From Octopus sinensis (taxonomy: Eukaryota), in assembly GCF_006345805.1 (NCBI RefSeq), contig NC_043004.1:23312001-23376000 (forward strand): a stretch of 64,000 bases of DNA, given 5' to 3'. Position 1 is the first letter of the stretch. Each line of letters begins with the position of its first letter. Below the pieces are notes generated by a model. It saw only the letters and a program-made list of their open reading frames with translations, was not told the origin of the DNA and did not search any database. Both the position numbers and the translations under genes were made by a program. This document shows positions 11,836-26,350 of the stretch, piece by piece.

Positions 11836-14800
11836 AAGAAAATATGGCACCTGTGGAGTCATACGCTCTCACCTTCGTTTAAGCAAGGAGATTTCAATCA
11901 ACATGTCTGCAATAGCTGTTTCTAATTCTTTCTTCGATAACTTAAGGCAAACTGACATGCTTCCTTTGAACAAAGTGTAGCCATAAATTTGTCCTTGAGC
12001 TCAAATGTTTCATATCTACGGAAAGGAATGGTTTCACAGAACAATTTTGAGCAATGGAATTCGATTAGTATTCGCCACATTTCTGCTTGATTATGTATGT
12101 GTGGGCGCTTTTACCTCCATTTGTGTGCGTGTGTTCTCAGTCGGGTTTCCCGTTATGCTACGCTTTTTTATCGTTAAGAAGACAGAACTTTTTAAGAACA
12201 GAGCAGCCGATTATATCAACCTTAATACTTGACAGGTACTTCATTTTTTTCGGTCTCAGATGGATGAAATGCTAAGATGAAATTTGGACTCAAAAAAGGT
12301 AAAGAGACGGGAAAAATATCACAGGGCATTTTGACGCTCCGCCGATTCTAACAATTTTCCACCTTCATATTTCTAACACAAGCACGATGTCAGAGGGTTA
12401 CGGGAAGGGAAGAGACGATGATGTTGATGATGTAAAGTACTTAACCGCTACTTTATTTTCGACTCCGAAAAAATTTGAAGACAAAATTGGCAGCTACAGG
12501 ATTTGAAAACAGAGCATAAAATTACAAATTGCTAGACAGTTACAGAAAAGTTTGAGAGTTTTGTTTTCAAGTCATTTCAGTAAACCAACATGTAACATCA
12601 GGTTTCTGATATATTACGTAAGAACTAACGTAAGAATAGTTTTTCACGAAAGTAACTATCACCTCTTAAAAATAAAATCTCCGTCGCTTCACCATTTCAT
12701 TTGCCACGATCTGAGAGAGTGTAAGAAGTGAGTGGCTATTGGAAGCTGTGGAACTAGGTACATTATTGGTAACACTGATAAGAACGTCACTATTTCGAAG
12801 GTAAATCGATAATGTTCAGTTGAACTCAGCGCACTGGATATAGAGATATATTGATAAGTAAATACCTGTTAATTTATCGATTGCATAAACAAAATAAATC
12901 AATATGTTTGAGAATTTAATTTGAAACCGGATCAGTTTAGCTTGTAGCTGACAATACCAACTTGTTCTGGATTCAAAGCCTATAATTTTAGGAAACAATA
13001 AATTCTAAGTATTGAGTTTCGTGCATTTTCAATTCCATTATCGATTCAAGTAAATTGAAATAACTCCAACTGAGAATCTGAACCGGAATGTTGGATTGTT
13101 CACAATAACTTTGTTATACTCTTGGAGAACGGGTTGCCTATTGTTCGGTAAATATGTGACCAAGGTAGTTGAAAGTCTGATTGGATATTTTAGCATTTCG
13201 AAACAACGCTATTCTGAGTTCAAATATTATTGGAAGAGACGTCTTTCGTTCCCTCTGATTCGATTAAGTATTGATTTTAGGCTATATCTTCTGAAGTTAG
13301 TAATCGATATTTAGCCGATTGTTGTTGTTGCTGTAGTTTGACTCCTGGTCAGCTCAAATCAAGTTAACCTAAGGCTACCAACCGTGACTTATTTATCTTT
13401 TTTTTATATATCTATGATTACATTCTATACACAGATTCTGTTTTAAGACGGTAAGATATGAATTGAGAGAGTTTTGACAGCTACTTCTAGCATAGTCTCT
13501 CTCTCAATTGTTCCCCACTTGATTGATATCAAGTTAATCGAATTCTCTACCACGGAAATTAAATAGCATGTGGTAGACTCTAAAGAAGAGGAATAAAGCT
13601 AAAACATTTTAGAAATATGTGTTGCTGACATCAAATTCCTTTCATAGTTTTCATGTATACAGAAGAAGAAAGTGAAATGGGAAATTTTTAAAAAACAAGG
13701 ACATACTGACGCAATTTAATAGAAACGATGTAATTAGTGATTTTGCAGAAAGATGAAAAACAGCTGTTCCGATACCTTTTTTATTCCCCTTGGAGAAAGG
13801 TCTGGTTTCTTTAATAAATGGACAGAACAGTCTGATTTATATTCGGAAAATAAAGTAACACATTATTCATTTGTTCCAATGAGACCAGTTCCATCGATTT
13901 GATATGCACAACATCAAACCGCAAGTGATTTTTTTTCTTTTTACGCGTATTTTTTTGTAATTTTTCTTTTAGTTCTGTTTCATCAAACTATCAAAAATTA
14001 TGGTCTTGATCCTCAAAGAAAACATTTCTTTTTTTTTTCCTTATCTTCCACATAAAATCATGCTTACCAATTTACAAGTATGAGTTATACCGAATTTTTA
14101 TGTTGTTTCTTGAAATTTCTTGAAATTCTAAACCTTCCTACAAATGATGTGTGCTATTTTCCTTTGAAAAAGAATGCCAAGAGTGATGGCTATAAAACAA
14201 TGAATACTTTGCTTCCCAGATAACTTGTTCCTTCAGCCTTATTAATATCGTAGCAAAATCATTAGATTCCTTGTAGTATTTAGTTAAGGGATTTTACGTT
14301 TTGAGTTCAAATTCCATCGTAGTCAGTCTTGCATTTCATTGTTCTAGGATCGATATATTCAACGATATATTTCTCTCAAGAGTGAAATGGCTTCAGACAT
14401 CTCTGTAGTTACAACTTGCAAACTCTAGATTAACTAAATCGGTAGAGAGTCAAAGATAACATAGCACCCATTGGTATAACGCATCAGGAATTTATCAGAA
14501 TGTTGTTTATAGAAATATCAGAAGTTATTTCTGGATTGAACTACGAAGAGCAAATCGATTGACTAAACAAATGTTAGCGAGTTTTGCAAAGATAAGTGGA
14601 TAAACTGCTTATTCTTGAAGGATCACTCTTAAGACTTAATATATCTAACAAACTAGGGGAAGCACCACCAAATAGGAGATATCTTCCCACTAAAAGCACT
14701 TTTCTCTTAACTTAAGTCAATTAAAATTAATTTAGAATATAATACGGTGGATGAGGAATTTTTCTAATGCTTGATGGTTCTATAATAAATTATGATAGGT

Positions 14801-15921
14801 TTTGGTACTATTAGACGTCACTGGATACACTCTTGTGATTCTTCAGACTCAACTATGTTATATCACTGAAAATGTTGGAGTTGGAATCATAGCGAAGGCT
14901 CACAATTTTGGCTGATCTCCTTGAATAACATTTTTTCGTTTTGAAAAGAAAATTCACTTGAGAGAAAGTGGTTCTAGACACAGCATGTCTGAATTAAGAT
15001 CAGGCGGACCAGATCTTGAACAACTTTAATTAATTAATTATAGGGCTCCGTGATCAATGAATGAACGATTCAACATTCTATTTTAATTGCCACAATTTCA
15101 TACAAGCGCCGTTGATGACGATGCAGTTTCAATTCTACTTAAGAGATATATTACAGGTCTTGAAGAAATAGGAAGCAGAACCAACCGCAATATTTGCAAC
15201 CAGATAAAATATAAACGAGGAAGATATGCCACCCATCACCTTTTCCTCTCCACATTTGCTGCCTTATCATCGTCAAACTGGTACTGGTCATCTGGTAATA
15301 GAAGACAAGTTAATTCATCGACTGAGTGGTTCAACCATTAGAGATGACACCAGAACCTTCTTGTGTTAAGTCCTGGCGCCTGAGTCTCTGAAGTAATGTA
15401 TTCATAAGCAAACTTACCGACTACTGCATAGGGATATAGGACAGGAGGGTCCACTATATGCATACATACATATATGACCCTTCCAGTCTACAAACTATAG
15501 GTTTGTACACAGGAAAACTCCTTTCCAAAGAGCGGACCTGGGCAAGCAGTTGCCTAAATACGTAAGTTTTTCTACACCGGGCTAATTCATACATATTTCA
15601 GAGCACAAACTACTGGTACAGATACAGCAAGGAATCTCGTCCGACACTCGATCAGTTCGGTCAATCCTTGCTTAGATTGATGTATTTTTATCAACTCTGA
15701 AAGTCAATGCCAACATTGGCAATGCAGATAGCCGGATCAAATATCGCGAGATGTTGCATCTAGTGCTCTAGCAACTTTATCAATTCACCTCTTACGCACA
15801 CTTACATACATCCAGACAGACAGACAGACTGATAGAGAGAGAGAGGTATGCAGGTAGGTAGGTAGATAGATACATACATACATTCATACATACATAGGCA
15901 GACAGACAGATAGATAGACAG

Positions 15922-15952
<31 letters not shown>

Positions 15953-15959
15953 TAATGTA

Positions 15960-16198
15960 CAATTGCAACGTGGAAGGTGTTTATAAGCCATTTAAAAACA
16001 CACAAAATCGTTAGGTTCACATCAGCATTTAAATTTAAATTGTCAAAATATTTTCTTCGCTTTGAAACCGCGACCTGTTCACTGAAAAAATTTCGTGATG
16101 CATCACTAATTTTTTCACAATTTAAGTTTAAACGTTGAAGTGAATCTAACGATTTTGCGTGTGCTTTAAATGGCTTATAAACACCTAAGGTGCAATTG
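15960..16198. mobile_element. MITE with ~45-bp TIRs, superfamily unclear
   Basis: ggtgtttataagccatttaaaaacacacaaaatcgttaggttcac versus gtgaatctaacgattttgcgtgtgctttaaatggcttataaacacc. An inverted internal fragment also occurs at 6945-7025. Confidence 0.75.
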
Positions 16199-16272
16199 TT
16201 TTTGTTTCAGCACACGATCTCAGATCAAGTTACTTGCTATTCAAGAACATCTCCGTAATATATATATATATA

Positions 16273-16319
<47 letters not shown>

Positions 16320-16346
16320 ACACGTACATACATGCTTACATACATA

Positions 16347-16491
16347 AATAAGAAGCTTGCTTCCTCACCACATGGTTCCGGGTTAGGTCCTACTACGTAG
16401 TAGCTAAACCATGTATCTTCTACTATAGCTTTGAACCAACAAAGCCTTGTGAGTAAATTTGATAGAGGGAAACTCAAAGAAACCCGTCATG

Positions 16492-16535
<44 letters not shown>

Positions 16536-16720
16536 CACACACACACATATGAATGTGTGTGTGTGCGTCCGTGTTTTTGTGTCTGTTTGTTCCCCACCAC
16601 CGCTAGAAGGCGGTATTGTGTTTATAACACCCGTAACTTAGCGTTTCAGCAAAAGAGGTCGATAGAATAAGTACTAGGCTTTAAAAAAATAAGTACTGGG
16701 TTCGATCCATTCTACTAAAA
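16347..16720 (+). mobile_element. SINE family A, older copy
   Basis: Head aagcttgcttcc.caccacatggttccgggtt, internal (TA)n(CA)n(TG)n tract, gatagaataagtactaggctt. Confidence 0.8.
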
Positions 16721-17459
16721 GTAATCTTTTAAAATACTTTTCATTCAATTTTTCCAAAATCTAATTGTTTTCCATACTTACAGTTTACAAAGTTTCAATG
16801 ACCGAAACCGGTACTGAAATGTTTTTTTATAAAATTAATTTAGCATTTTCTACCTTGACTTTTTCCATATATATATATATATATCAACTCGTGTGTTCCT
16901 TTTCAACCTTCTACATATATAGGATTTAGCTGCCTCTGATTATACAAGAGTCGGTTGAGTTTTATAGCGAAAAATTAAATCAATAGCTAATTTCAAGAAA
17001 TATTTAACTGAGGTCATATGGATTGAAGCTCCATACTTTCCCTACTCTTTCGCATCTGATTTATCAAGTAAACAAGTTGGAATCGGAACGTTCAACTGAT
17101 AAAACATATCAACCACAAGTAGAAACTTTTAGAATCAATCTATTTGGATTTCTTCTGCCCAAAATAAAAGTGTGTATGTTTGTATTTGTGTATGTGTATG
17201 TGTTTTTTTTTTGTTTTGTTTTTTTTGTATGCCTATGGTTATGTGTGTTTAAAACGTCTCAGATCAAGTTATTTGATAGCTAGATAGTAGTATCAGAAAT
17301 TTATATGTGCGGTGTCAGACACCGAAACACTTCACTGATTCTTTTGATAAACACATACAAACGAGTGTCCGTATTTGAGTGTGTCTATCAGTGTATGTGT
17401 GCGTTTGCGTCTGTGCATGTGTGTGCATGTGTGTGTATGTGTGCCTTCTCCTAGAAATG

Positions 17460-17485
17460 CGTATGAGCATGTGTCTGCGTTTATA

Positions 17486-17524
<39 letters not shown>

Positions 17525-18279
17525 TGACAAAAGAACATGAATAACGTAATCACTCTCATTAGCTTATAGCTGTTTCCCTAGAAGGAACATCGCACCCAGA
17601 ATTAAGTGCAAGAGTGACGTCTTACTACTTCCGCTATATATAAGGTGCGTGTGTGTGTGTGTGCGTTTGTGTCTACATGTGTGTTGTGTGTATGTGAGCG
17701 AGGGTACATAAATATATACACATACATGTATGTATATTTATTTAAATCGAATGTCATATTCTCCTTCAGTTCTATTACGTCAGCTATATTTTAGTGATAC
17801 GCATTTAAGTGGCATTACCATTTATAGAGGTTATGACGAGTGTGTCTTTGGAGAGAATGTATGGTAATGGCTAAGTGGTGGAATTTTGAACTCAGTGTGT
17901 GTGTGTGTGTGTGTGCAAAATTGCGTATGTTTAATGTAAATGTGTGTGTGTGTATGCGTCTGTAGGAGGGGGTTACTTGAGTGTGCGATGTATGTATATG
18001 AATGTTCCAGCATGTTTATGCATGTATATATAACATGTATTATGTGAACAATGACCGTATAAACGGTATATATACTTCACGAATATATCTACATACTTCG
18101 ATTCTTATACATACACACACACGTATACAGACACGCACATAAACGTACATGCATATGCATAGACACATATAGATACGCATATACACACACTCACAGACAA
18201 CACACACATATATAGCTACACATACACACACACATATATAGACATACATTCACACGCATTCACACACATACACACTCGC

Positions 18280-18312
<33 letters not shown>

Positions 18313-18382
18313 GTCTGTATGTGTATGTGTATGTCTATGTGTGTATATATATATATATGTGTTGTATATATATCATGTCATG

Positions 18383-18442
<60 letters not shown>

Positions 18443-18668
18443 GTTACACACGCGCGTACATACACACAGATACATTATATATATATATATATATATATAT
18501 ATACGTCTGTATGTGTATGTGTCTGTCTATGTGTGTATATATATATTATATATATATATATGTGTGTGTGTGTTTATATATATGTATATATATATATATA
18601 GTACAGTCATGTATATATATATATATGTATGTATATGTACACACGCGTGCACATACACACAGATACAT

Positions 18669-18740
<72 letters not shown>

Positions 18741-18790
18741 ATATATATGTAGGGATATGTATGTATACATATATATATATATTCTATAGA
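17460..18790. repeat. Compound (TA)n/(TG)n/(CA)n microsatellite field
   Basis: Direct reading. Source of many spurious Y/I/V/C-rich ORFs. Confidence 0.9.
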
Positions 18791-19322
18791 CATGCAAGGG
18801 ATAGCGTATAGTGTGCTAGTACATGCACATGTCAAGTTTCAATTAACTTTTATAATAGAAACTAACATACTGCTGTTTCGTGATAAATATAACAGAGAGA
18901 ACAAAGATCTTTAATTAAGTAAGAATACAACCTGAAAAATAAATTACTCCATTGTACGCTTTCTGCACACAGGTATGTATGGTTGTGTGCGTATCGAAGT
19001 TTATCTACGCCTGTGTATGTACTTATATATTTGTAGATATGTGTGTATTTGGATGTATGGGGGCGGGTTACAAGTGCGTATATATATATATATATATATA
19101 TATTTACAATATATATTTCTTAGTGGTAAGACCATAGCGGATCTACTTCTAGCATATGGATGTCCACGTAGTGGTCATCCCCTCTTATATGTATGTAATA
19201 TAAATATTATAAATATTTGCATGTATACATTTATGCATGTACATTTTTATGTGTACCTGTATACATAGATGAACATATATATATATGTCAGTGTGTGTAC
19301 AGGTATGTTTGGGTATATACTC

Positions 19323-19371
<49 letters not shown>

Positions 19372-19375
<4 letters not shown>

Positions 19376-20189
19376 GTGCGGTGAATAAACTGTCGTCTCA
19401 ATTATGCAAATATGAAAATAAGACTCGCATCTCATTTTAACATTTTTACCAAAATTATATAAAAGTATCTTGAAATACTAAAGAGTAAATTTAGTCAATA
19501 AAATCGCCACTGGTCTCAACCACGCCTTCAGACGACTTCAGAATCTCCAGCAACTCTTCTGGACGGTCACCTTGTTTAAGTTGGAGAATAACCCTTGCCT
19601 TCAGTTCATATTTGGTGTTACAAGATTTGTTGGTCTCTCGCTCAACTGTGCCCCGCACATAATAAAGGAAGTGCATTCTGGAGAGTTAGATGGCCAGATG
19701 TTATGGGTGATGTGCTCGCAGAAATTGTCTAACAGTCATGACTGGGTTCTTCTGCTAAACATAGGGTCTTCCAGCAGCCACCCTCTCGACCCAGGGCAGC
19801 ACTATCTCCTCTAGGCACATGATGTGGGCCTCCATGTTGAGTCTGAGGCCGTTTGGGAAGATGAATAGAGGCATAATGTCACCATCACAAGTGATCACTC
19901 CAAACACTATGATGTTTATTGGATGTTTGATTTTTACCACTCTTGGTACATGTTCTGAGACTGACACTCTGAAATGTTCGTATTGGAGCTTCCGGTGCGA
20001 ATCCCATGCATTACAGCATGTGGTTTCAAAATTTCTGGCCGAGTGAGTTGCGTCATGATACTTTTTTTTTCTCATAGACGGTGCCCAACTGACCCTACTA
20101 TACTGTGTAGTCAACGAAATAAATAAAAAATGATGCGAATGCGCGAAATTAAAAATATAAAATAGCGACAATTTACCCATCGCACGCTG
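19372..20189 (-). mobile_element. Internally deleted maT/DD37D-like element
   Basis: Imperfect TIRs cagcgtgcgatgggtaaattgtcg / cagggtgcggtgaataaactgtcg. KHPINIIVFGVITCDGDIMPLFIFPNGLRLN...GRPYV transposase fragment. Confidence 0.8.
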
Positions 20190-20334
20190 TATATCCGTGT
20201 ATCAATTTATGCATCTGAACATCCATGCACATACACACAGACACAAAGACGTATACAATACACATAACGTTTATATTATATACGAATATAAATCCATACA
20301 TAGAATGAGGGGGGAGGGGAGGGAAAGAGGACAG

Positions 20335-20338
20335 ATGT

Positions 20339-20425
<87 letters not shown>
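20335..20425. repeat. (GATA)n microsatellite (others at 34600-34700 and 40950-41045)
   Basis: Direct reading. Confidence 0.95.
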
Positions 20426-20426
<1 letters not shown>

Positions 20427-20895
20427 AATATAAACGCCAGTGTGTGCGTGTGTTGTGTGTGTGTGTATTTATATGAATAGCTCGAATATGCTCAGTAATT
20501 TATTCGTAAGCCATTAAGTATATTTCTTGCATAATTTAAAATGTAAATTACGTATTTAATATACGTACAATTAGCAACGCAATGAAAAGTAATCAAGTGA
20601 TTATATCATACGTTATATCTCTCTGTTGACAGAAACATTTAGATCAACATGATTAGGCGATGTACTCCTGCTAGATCTTCATCAGAGATGGAACAATAGT
20701 CTACTGTTCATAGAGAGTTGTGTTAACACGTGTGTCGGTAAACAAATATATAAAGCGAGGGTATAAAATCATATCCATATGTATGTATGTACGCATACAT
20801 GTATGTATGAGCGTGTGTGTGTATGTTTGTATGTATTACGTGTGTGTGTGTATGTATGTATGTATGTATGTATGTGTGTGTGTGTGTGTATGCAT

Positions 20896-21768
20896 GTCAT
20901 TATTCTGTTTCATTCAAGATTTCTTGCTAATAGAGAAAGAGTCGGTTTCTAACCTAGATCGAAGGCTCATTCATTGGAATTTCAACATCAACGACTGGGT
21001 ATGTATGTATGTACTTACGTATGTATGTATGTTTGTGTGTATGTATGTATACGTGCAGATTTGTATGTTTTGTTTTATGTATATCTTCTCATGCATATAC
21101 TTGCATATCTAGACATGTTCATATATACTTAAATGATAAACTTTTGGAAAGTTTCACAGGTTTTTACAGTGCTGGTGATCAGCTTTCTCTTTTCTGGTTT
21201 TGAGAAGCCCAATTTCTCACGATTAGTATTTAGGCAGTGTATTACATATCCCAGTGCCCCAATGATTACAGGTATAAACCTGAACTTGTAATCTGGAAAG
21301 ATTTCTAATAGTTCAGCGTAGGTATTCTCTTTTACACTAATCTTCAGTTTTATGTTAACATCTCCTGGGTAGCTGATTTCCACAATTGTACACAGTTTCT
21401 CTTCTCTGTCCCAAATCATTATATCAGTTCTATTGTGTTTATATTTTATTGAGGTTTTCACTGGGACATTCCACCAAGTACTCCTCTTTATTATAAGTGA
21501 CTATGGCTTCTACCATACTGTGGCTTCTTATTTCTTTTCCCTCGGAGTTATCCTTTCGACGTATCTCGCTCTACAGTATCCTAGCTGCAACATCATATCA
21601 CATCGGTAGATAATACCGTGATGACATTTCCGCATATGATGTGGGTGATATCTACGGTGTTATCTCCACAAAGTCCGGATCGGTTGTTACATTTTACTGT
21701 TTTTCCCATGATTCTGTCCCTTTTGTGCATTAGGTATTTGGTTGATATTTCATGTTTCCGGATTGCAA
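20896..21768 (-). mobile_element. R4/Dong-like RLE non-LTR retrotransposon, 5'-truncated
   Basis: THIICGKC knuckle remnant, then KHNRTDIMIWDREEKLCTIVEISYPGDVN...FIPVIIGALG (PD..D/E RLE), then a 3' UTR. Confidence 0.8.
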
Positions 21769-22281
21769 TATATGTATGTATGTATGTATGTATGTCAAAA
21801 ATTTATCAAAATACACAACAAACGAAAAATTTTACAAAACCTAACAAACAGAAAATCGGTAGCTTATTCCTTATTAGTCAACGTTCAAAAGATCATTAAA
21901 ATTTCACGTCTTTAGCGTTGATATTGTTCGCTTTTGGTGGTGCCAGTAGCGAAAAGTTATTGGGAATAACTAACGAATGTACAGGACAATGACGAAAACA
22001 AACACAACAAAATAAAATATACATATACAACGAAAAAAGCAGTGCGGCTGCAAGATAGGCAGATATGGGTAACGCAGGGGAAAATGGAAATGTACTGTAG
22101 GAATGGAGACGAGAGAAGAACAGACAGAAAGTCAGAACGAAGGAAGAAGTAAAATATTAAGGAGGGAACGAGAGAGAAAGATATTGGGAAGAAGGCAAAA
22201 GTAAGGCAAAGTAAAGAGAAAGAGACAGAAATAGACGTTGCAGGTATGTGTGTGAGTAAAGTAGAAAGCAAAGATAAAATG

Positions 22282-22319
<38 letters not shown>

Positions 22320-22449
22320 TAGATAGATAGATAAACATGTATATTATGATATATATGTATATGTGTATATATGTATATATATGTATATATGTATGTATAT
22401 GTATACATATGTATATATGTATGTACATATATATGTATATGTGTATGTA

Positions 22450-22489
<40 letters not shown>

Positions 22490-22549
22490 GTAAATTTGGA
22501 TTTATTCCCTAATATTTATTATGTATATGTATATATATATATATATATA

Positions 22550-23189
22550 CTAGCAGTATCGCCCTGCGTTGCTCGGGTTTGTAAGGGAAATAACTATATA
22601 AGCATTTTTAGAGAGTTATAGCCAAAAAATTGCAAAAAATGCATTAAAAATGGAAAAAAAATATGATGGTAAATTTTTTTTTAAATCGTTGACTCATCGT
22701 AGACATTTTTAGAGAGTTACTTCCCTTATATAATAGCGAAAAATGCATTAAAATGGAAAAAAAACGATGGTAAATTTTTTTTTAAATCGTCGTAGACTCA
22801 TGTAGACGCTTTCTTAGCCATTTCTGTTTTGGTGTCTTCAAGCCATGAAGTCGTTGTTCTAAAAGAACACTGGTCTCCTTGACAACGCATTACGACGTTG
22901 ATTTCCTTACACTCCCTTCCCCACAGGTGCAGGTGTGAGCGTGGACGCCAACTCCGCCGCCATCGACACACGAAAAATTATGCATTAAAATGGAATAAAA
23001 AATGATGTTAAATTATTTTTAAATCGTAGACTCATCGTAGACGCGCGCTAATATTCAGACGGGCTCGATATGAATCACGACTATAAGCTACCCGAATTTG
23101 GTTAAACTGCACCGCAAAATGTGGGAGTAGTTAGGAATCTAATTCGAAGGGGACAGACACACACACAACTACAGTTTTATATATATAGA
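22550..23189 (-). mobile_element. Non-autonomous Helitron
   Basis: On the minus strand, A|TC start and ...gagcaacgcagggcgatactgCTAG|T end. Subterminal (TG)/(CTGT) tract and three internal ~65-bp duplications. Confidence 0.78.
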
Positions 23190-23284
23190 TATACATAGCG
23201 CAGTAGTGGTGAGATGTGACAGCAAAGAAAAGCATACATTCACTCTCTGCATGCAATTAGACTCGGAAAGTTTGTGAGGAACCA

Positions 23285-23600
23285 TTGACCAATTTGCTGA
23301 CTTTTCCGATAGCACACAGGTCTCAATGAATGGTTGAATGACCAAATCCAAGCTTCTCTGCTAGTTCCTCAACAGTACGATGAGATTTTGTTCCACCAGG
23401 GTTTTCAGGATGTCCTTGTCGAGTTCTACAGATCTTTCAGGATGAGGCTCGTCTTCTAGGCTGTAGTTTATGGCTCGGGATTTCTGGAACCACCATTGAC
23501 ACTGCCTTACGCTTATTGTCCAATCCCCATATACTGCATTAATATTTCTTGTACTTGCACACATTATATTCTGTTATTCTTTTATATGTTTCAGCCTTGA
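23285..23600 (-). mobile_element. Mariner transposase N-terminal (HTH) fragment
   Basis: ASTRNINAVYGDWTISVRQCQWWFQK...SLEDEPH. Confidence 0.75.
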
Positions 23601-23624
23601 GGTTTGTGACATGCTGGATCATGT

Positions 23625-23955
23625 GTGTGGGTGTGTGTGTGTCTATCTGTCTGTCTGTCTGTGTATATATGTATATGTATGTGTGTGAACAATAATATTT
23701 TCAACAGATGTGTTGCAAATGTATCTGATTGTTCTCAAGCTTCAATACTGTGTGTGTGTATGTGTGTGTGTATGTATGTATGTATATGTATGTATGTATG
23801 TATATGTATGTATGTATATGTATGTATGTATGTATGTGTGTATGTATGTATGTATGTGTGTGTATGTATGTGTGTGTATGTGTGTGTGTGTATGTATGTA
23901 TGTATGTATGTATGTATGTATGTATGTATGTATGTATGTATGTATGTATGAGTGT
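23625..23955. repeat. (TATG)n/(TG)n microsatellite
   Basis: Direct reading. Confidence 0.95.
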
Positions 23956-24419
23956 ATGTTTACTTTATTACTAACACAAGCCAATACGGTAAAGTCTTCC
24001 TCAAATCACTCTCTCTCTCGCTATTTACTCTCTTCCAAGAACATTTTCACTCACTCTTAGCTCTTAGCTTCCCATACATTTTACTCATGTATCTATCAGC
24101 GTCATAGACAGAATACTTTCAGTTTAGTCTTCCTCAAATCACTCTGTCGCTATTTACTTTCATTTTATTCGTTGCCCACTGTGTGTGGCGTTTGCGTGTG
24201 GTGTAAACCAGACTAAGAAAAGCATTTGACACACACACTCAGAATGTGAGTTTTCTGTAAATTTTGCTTAATTGGAGTTTAAATTTTAAAAACTGGACTG
24301 GCATGACGCGATGCATTGTACTCTTAAAAATGCTAGGTAAATTGTAATTGAAGAAATCCTATATTGTAGATTTGTATAACTCTCAAAGGGAGGCAGATAA
24401 AATCTGCCTTTTATAATAA

Positions 24420-24503
24420 GAGATGTATGTACATATATATATGTATGTACATATATGTATGTACATATATGTATGTACATATATGTGTATGTATATATAT
24501 GTG

Positions 24504-24547
<44 letters not shown>

Positions 24548-24790
24548 CATATATATATGTATGTACATATATATATGTATGTACATATATATATATGTAT
24601 GTACATATATATATATATGTATGTACATATATATATATATATATGTATGTACATATATATATGTATGTACATATATGTATGTACATATATATATGTATGT
24701 ACGTATATATATATATATATATGTGTGTATGTACGTACATATATATATGTGTGTGTATGTACGTATATATATATATATACATATATGTAT
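24420..24790. repeat. Minisatellite of tatgtacata(ta)n units
   Basis: Direct reading. Confidence 0.9.
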
Positions 24791-25339
24791 ACATACATAG
24801 ACAAACAGGTGTGACTATTAAGACTGATATGTAAATAGGGATGTAAAAAGACTATTGTTCTGTACACTAACATTTTGATGCCAGCTCGATTGTCGCAAAC
24901 GTGAAATACTCTTATTTGGAGATATCTAAAGTTTTACTAGCGTATTTAAGACAATATTCAATTTCGTCATCAGCATAGATAGTGAAATGACTTCGAAGAC
25001 ACGGAATTTGGCCTCCGTTTTCCGGGATTGTAACGCGAAGTTGAATTAATGACACTGTCTGGTTTGTGTCGGTTGGTAATGGTTGGCAGATGACCTGGGT
25101 CATCTTTGAAATGATTGTCCAAGTTTCCTGTATGCACATGAAGTCAGACAGGATCTGTTACAAATGGTTTTCCTGAGAAATACGTAACACTGATGTATCT
25201 TTGTTTCATTTCATTTTGAAAATTAAAAAGAATTTATCAAAGCAATTTGTCTTTATCAACCTTGTGTTTGGAACATAACATAAAATTTTGAAGAAAAGTT
25301 TTAATTTAGATCACTTTAATAACGAAGTTTGCATCAGAG

Positions 25340-25620
25340 AAGCAGAGGCGGCCTTGGGTGGGTTGATATTAGAAAACGTAATGAAAAAACTCGGAGATGA
25401 CTTGTGTGAGTGCTCAGGGGAAGCAAGATTTGTCTGTCGTCTGTTCTGGAGATAATTGTGTTTCTTGAGAGTAGATCGTCTTTAATTTTTGTTGTTATAG
25501 TTGCAGTGAAAATAGTGAAAAGTGATGGGGTAACCATACATTATTGATTTCTCTCTGGATCTTACCTAAAATGGTTGATAGTTGCTCTGTTGGGGATCGT
25601 GACTGTAGTATGGTGTGATT
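25340..25620 (-). mobile_element. Very decayed LINE reverse transcriptase relic
   Basis: NQ*CMVTPSLFTIFTATI...ISRTDD resembles QGC.LSP.LF.IF...YADD. Confidence 0.35.
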
Positions 25621-25748
25621 TGAAGTCTTATGATACGAATGTAGTTTTCAGGATATACATAGGCATATAAGGCATGTTTTACGTACGTCTGTGTGTGTTT
25701 ATGCGTGTGTACGCATGTTTGTATGAATATATGAATATTGTGCACACT

Positions 25749-25781
<33 letters not shown>

Positions 25782-25783
<2 letters not shown>

Positions 25784-25987
25784 TCTTTTACTCTTTTACT
25801 TGTTTCAGTCATTTGACGTGGTCATGCTGGAGCACCGCCTTTAATCGAGCAACTCGACCCGGGACTTATTCTTTGTAAGCCAGTACTTATTCTATCGGTC
25901 TCTTTTGCCGAAACGCGCTAAGTGACGGGGACATAAACACAACCAGCATCGGTTGTCAAGCAATGCTAGGGGGACAACACAGACCAC

Positions 25988-26020
<33 letters not shown>

Positions 26021-26218
26021 CACACGCACACACACATATATATATTATATATATATATTATATATACGATGGGCTCCTTTCAGTTTCCGTCTACCAAATC
26101 TACTCACAAGGCTTTGGTGGGCCGAGGCTATAGTAGAAGACACTTGCCCAAGTGGGACTGAACCCGGAACCATGTGGTTGGTAAACAAGCTACTTACCAC
26201 ACAGCCACTCCTGCGCCT
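25782..26218 (-). mobile_element. SINE family A, near full length
   Basis: Head aggcgcaggagtggctgtgtggtaag on the minus strand, with a long internal microsatellite. Confidence 0.9.
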
Positions 26219-26298
26219 ATATGTTATATATACAAACACACACACACAAACATATACATATATATACACACACACAACACACACATATATATATATAT

Positions 26299-26350
<52 letters not shown>

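Noticed and set aside
10000-15400. Long, relatively repeat-poor AT-rich stretch that might hide a nested gene
   Set aside because: Only short ORFs without recognisable motifs or consistent splice signals. I cannot support a call.
20625-20695. CTGATGA-A-GATC...GATC-TAAA hammerhead-like motif on the minus strand
   Set aside because: The GAAA is broken, there is no stem I partner, and no adjacent Penelope ORF.
22900-22945. Pyrimidine tract plus cAG|GTGCAG|GTGTGA, a possible micro-exon
   Set aside because: Inside a Helitron, weak donors, and exons A and B already join without a gap in homologues.
24912-25139. ORF containing CIQETW and YADD
   Set aside because: Endonuclease-like and RT-like words only ~50 aa apart, without supporting flanking motifs. 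Treated as chance or an unassignable relic.
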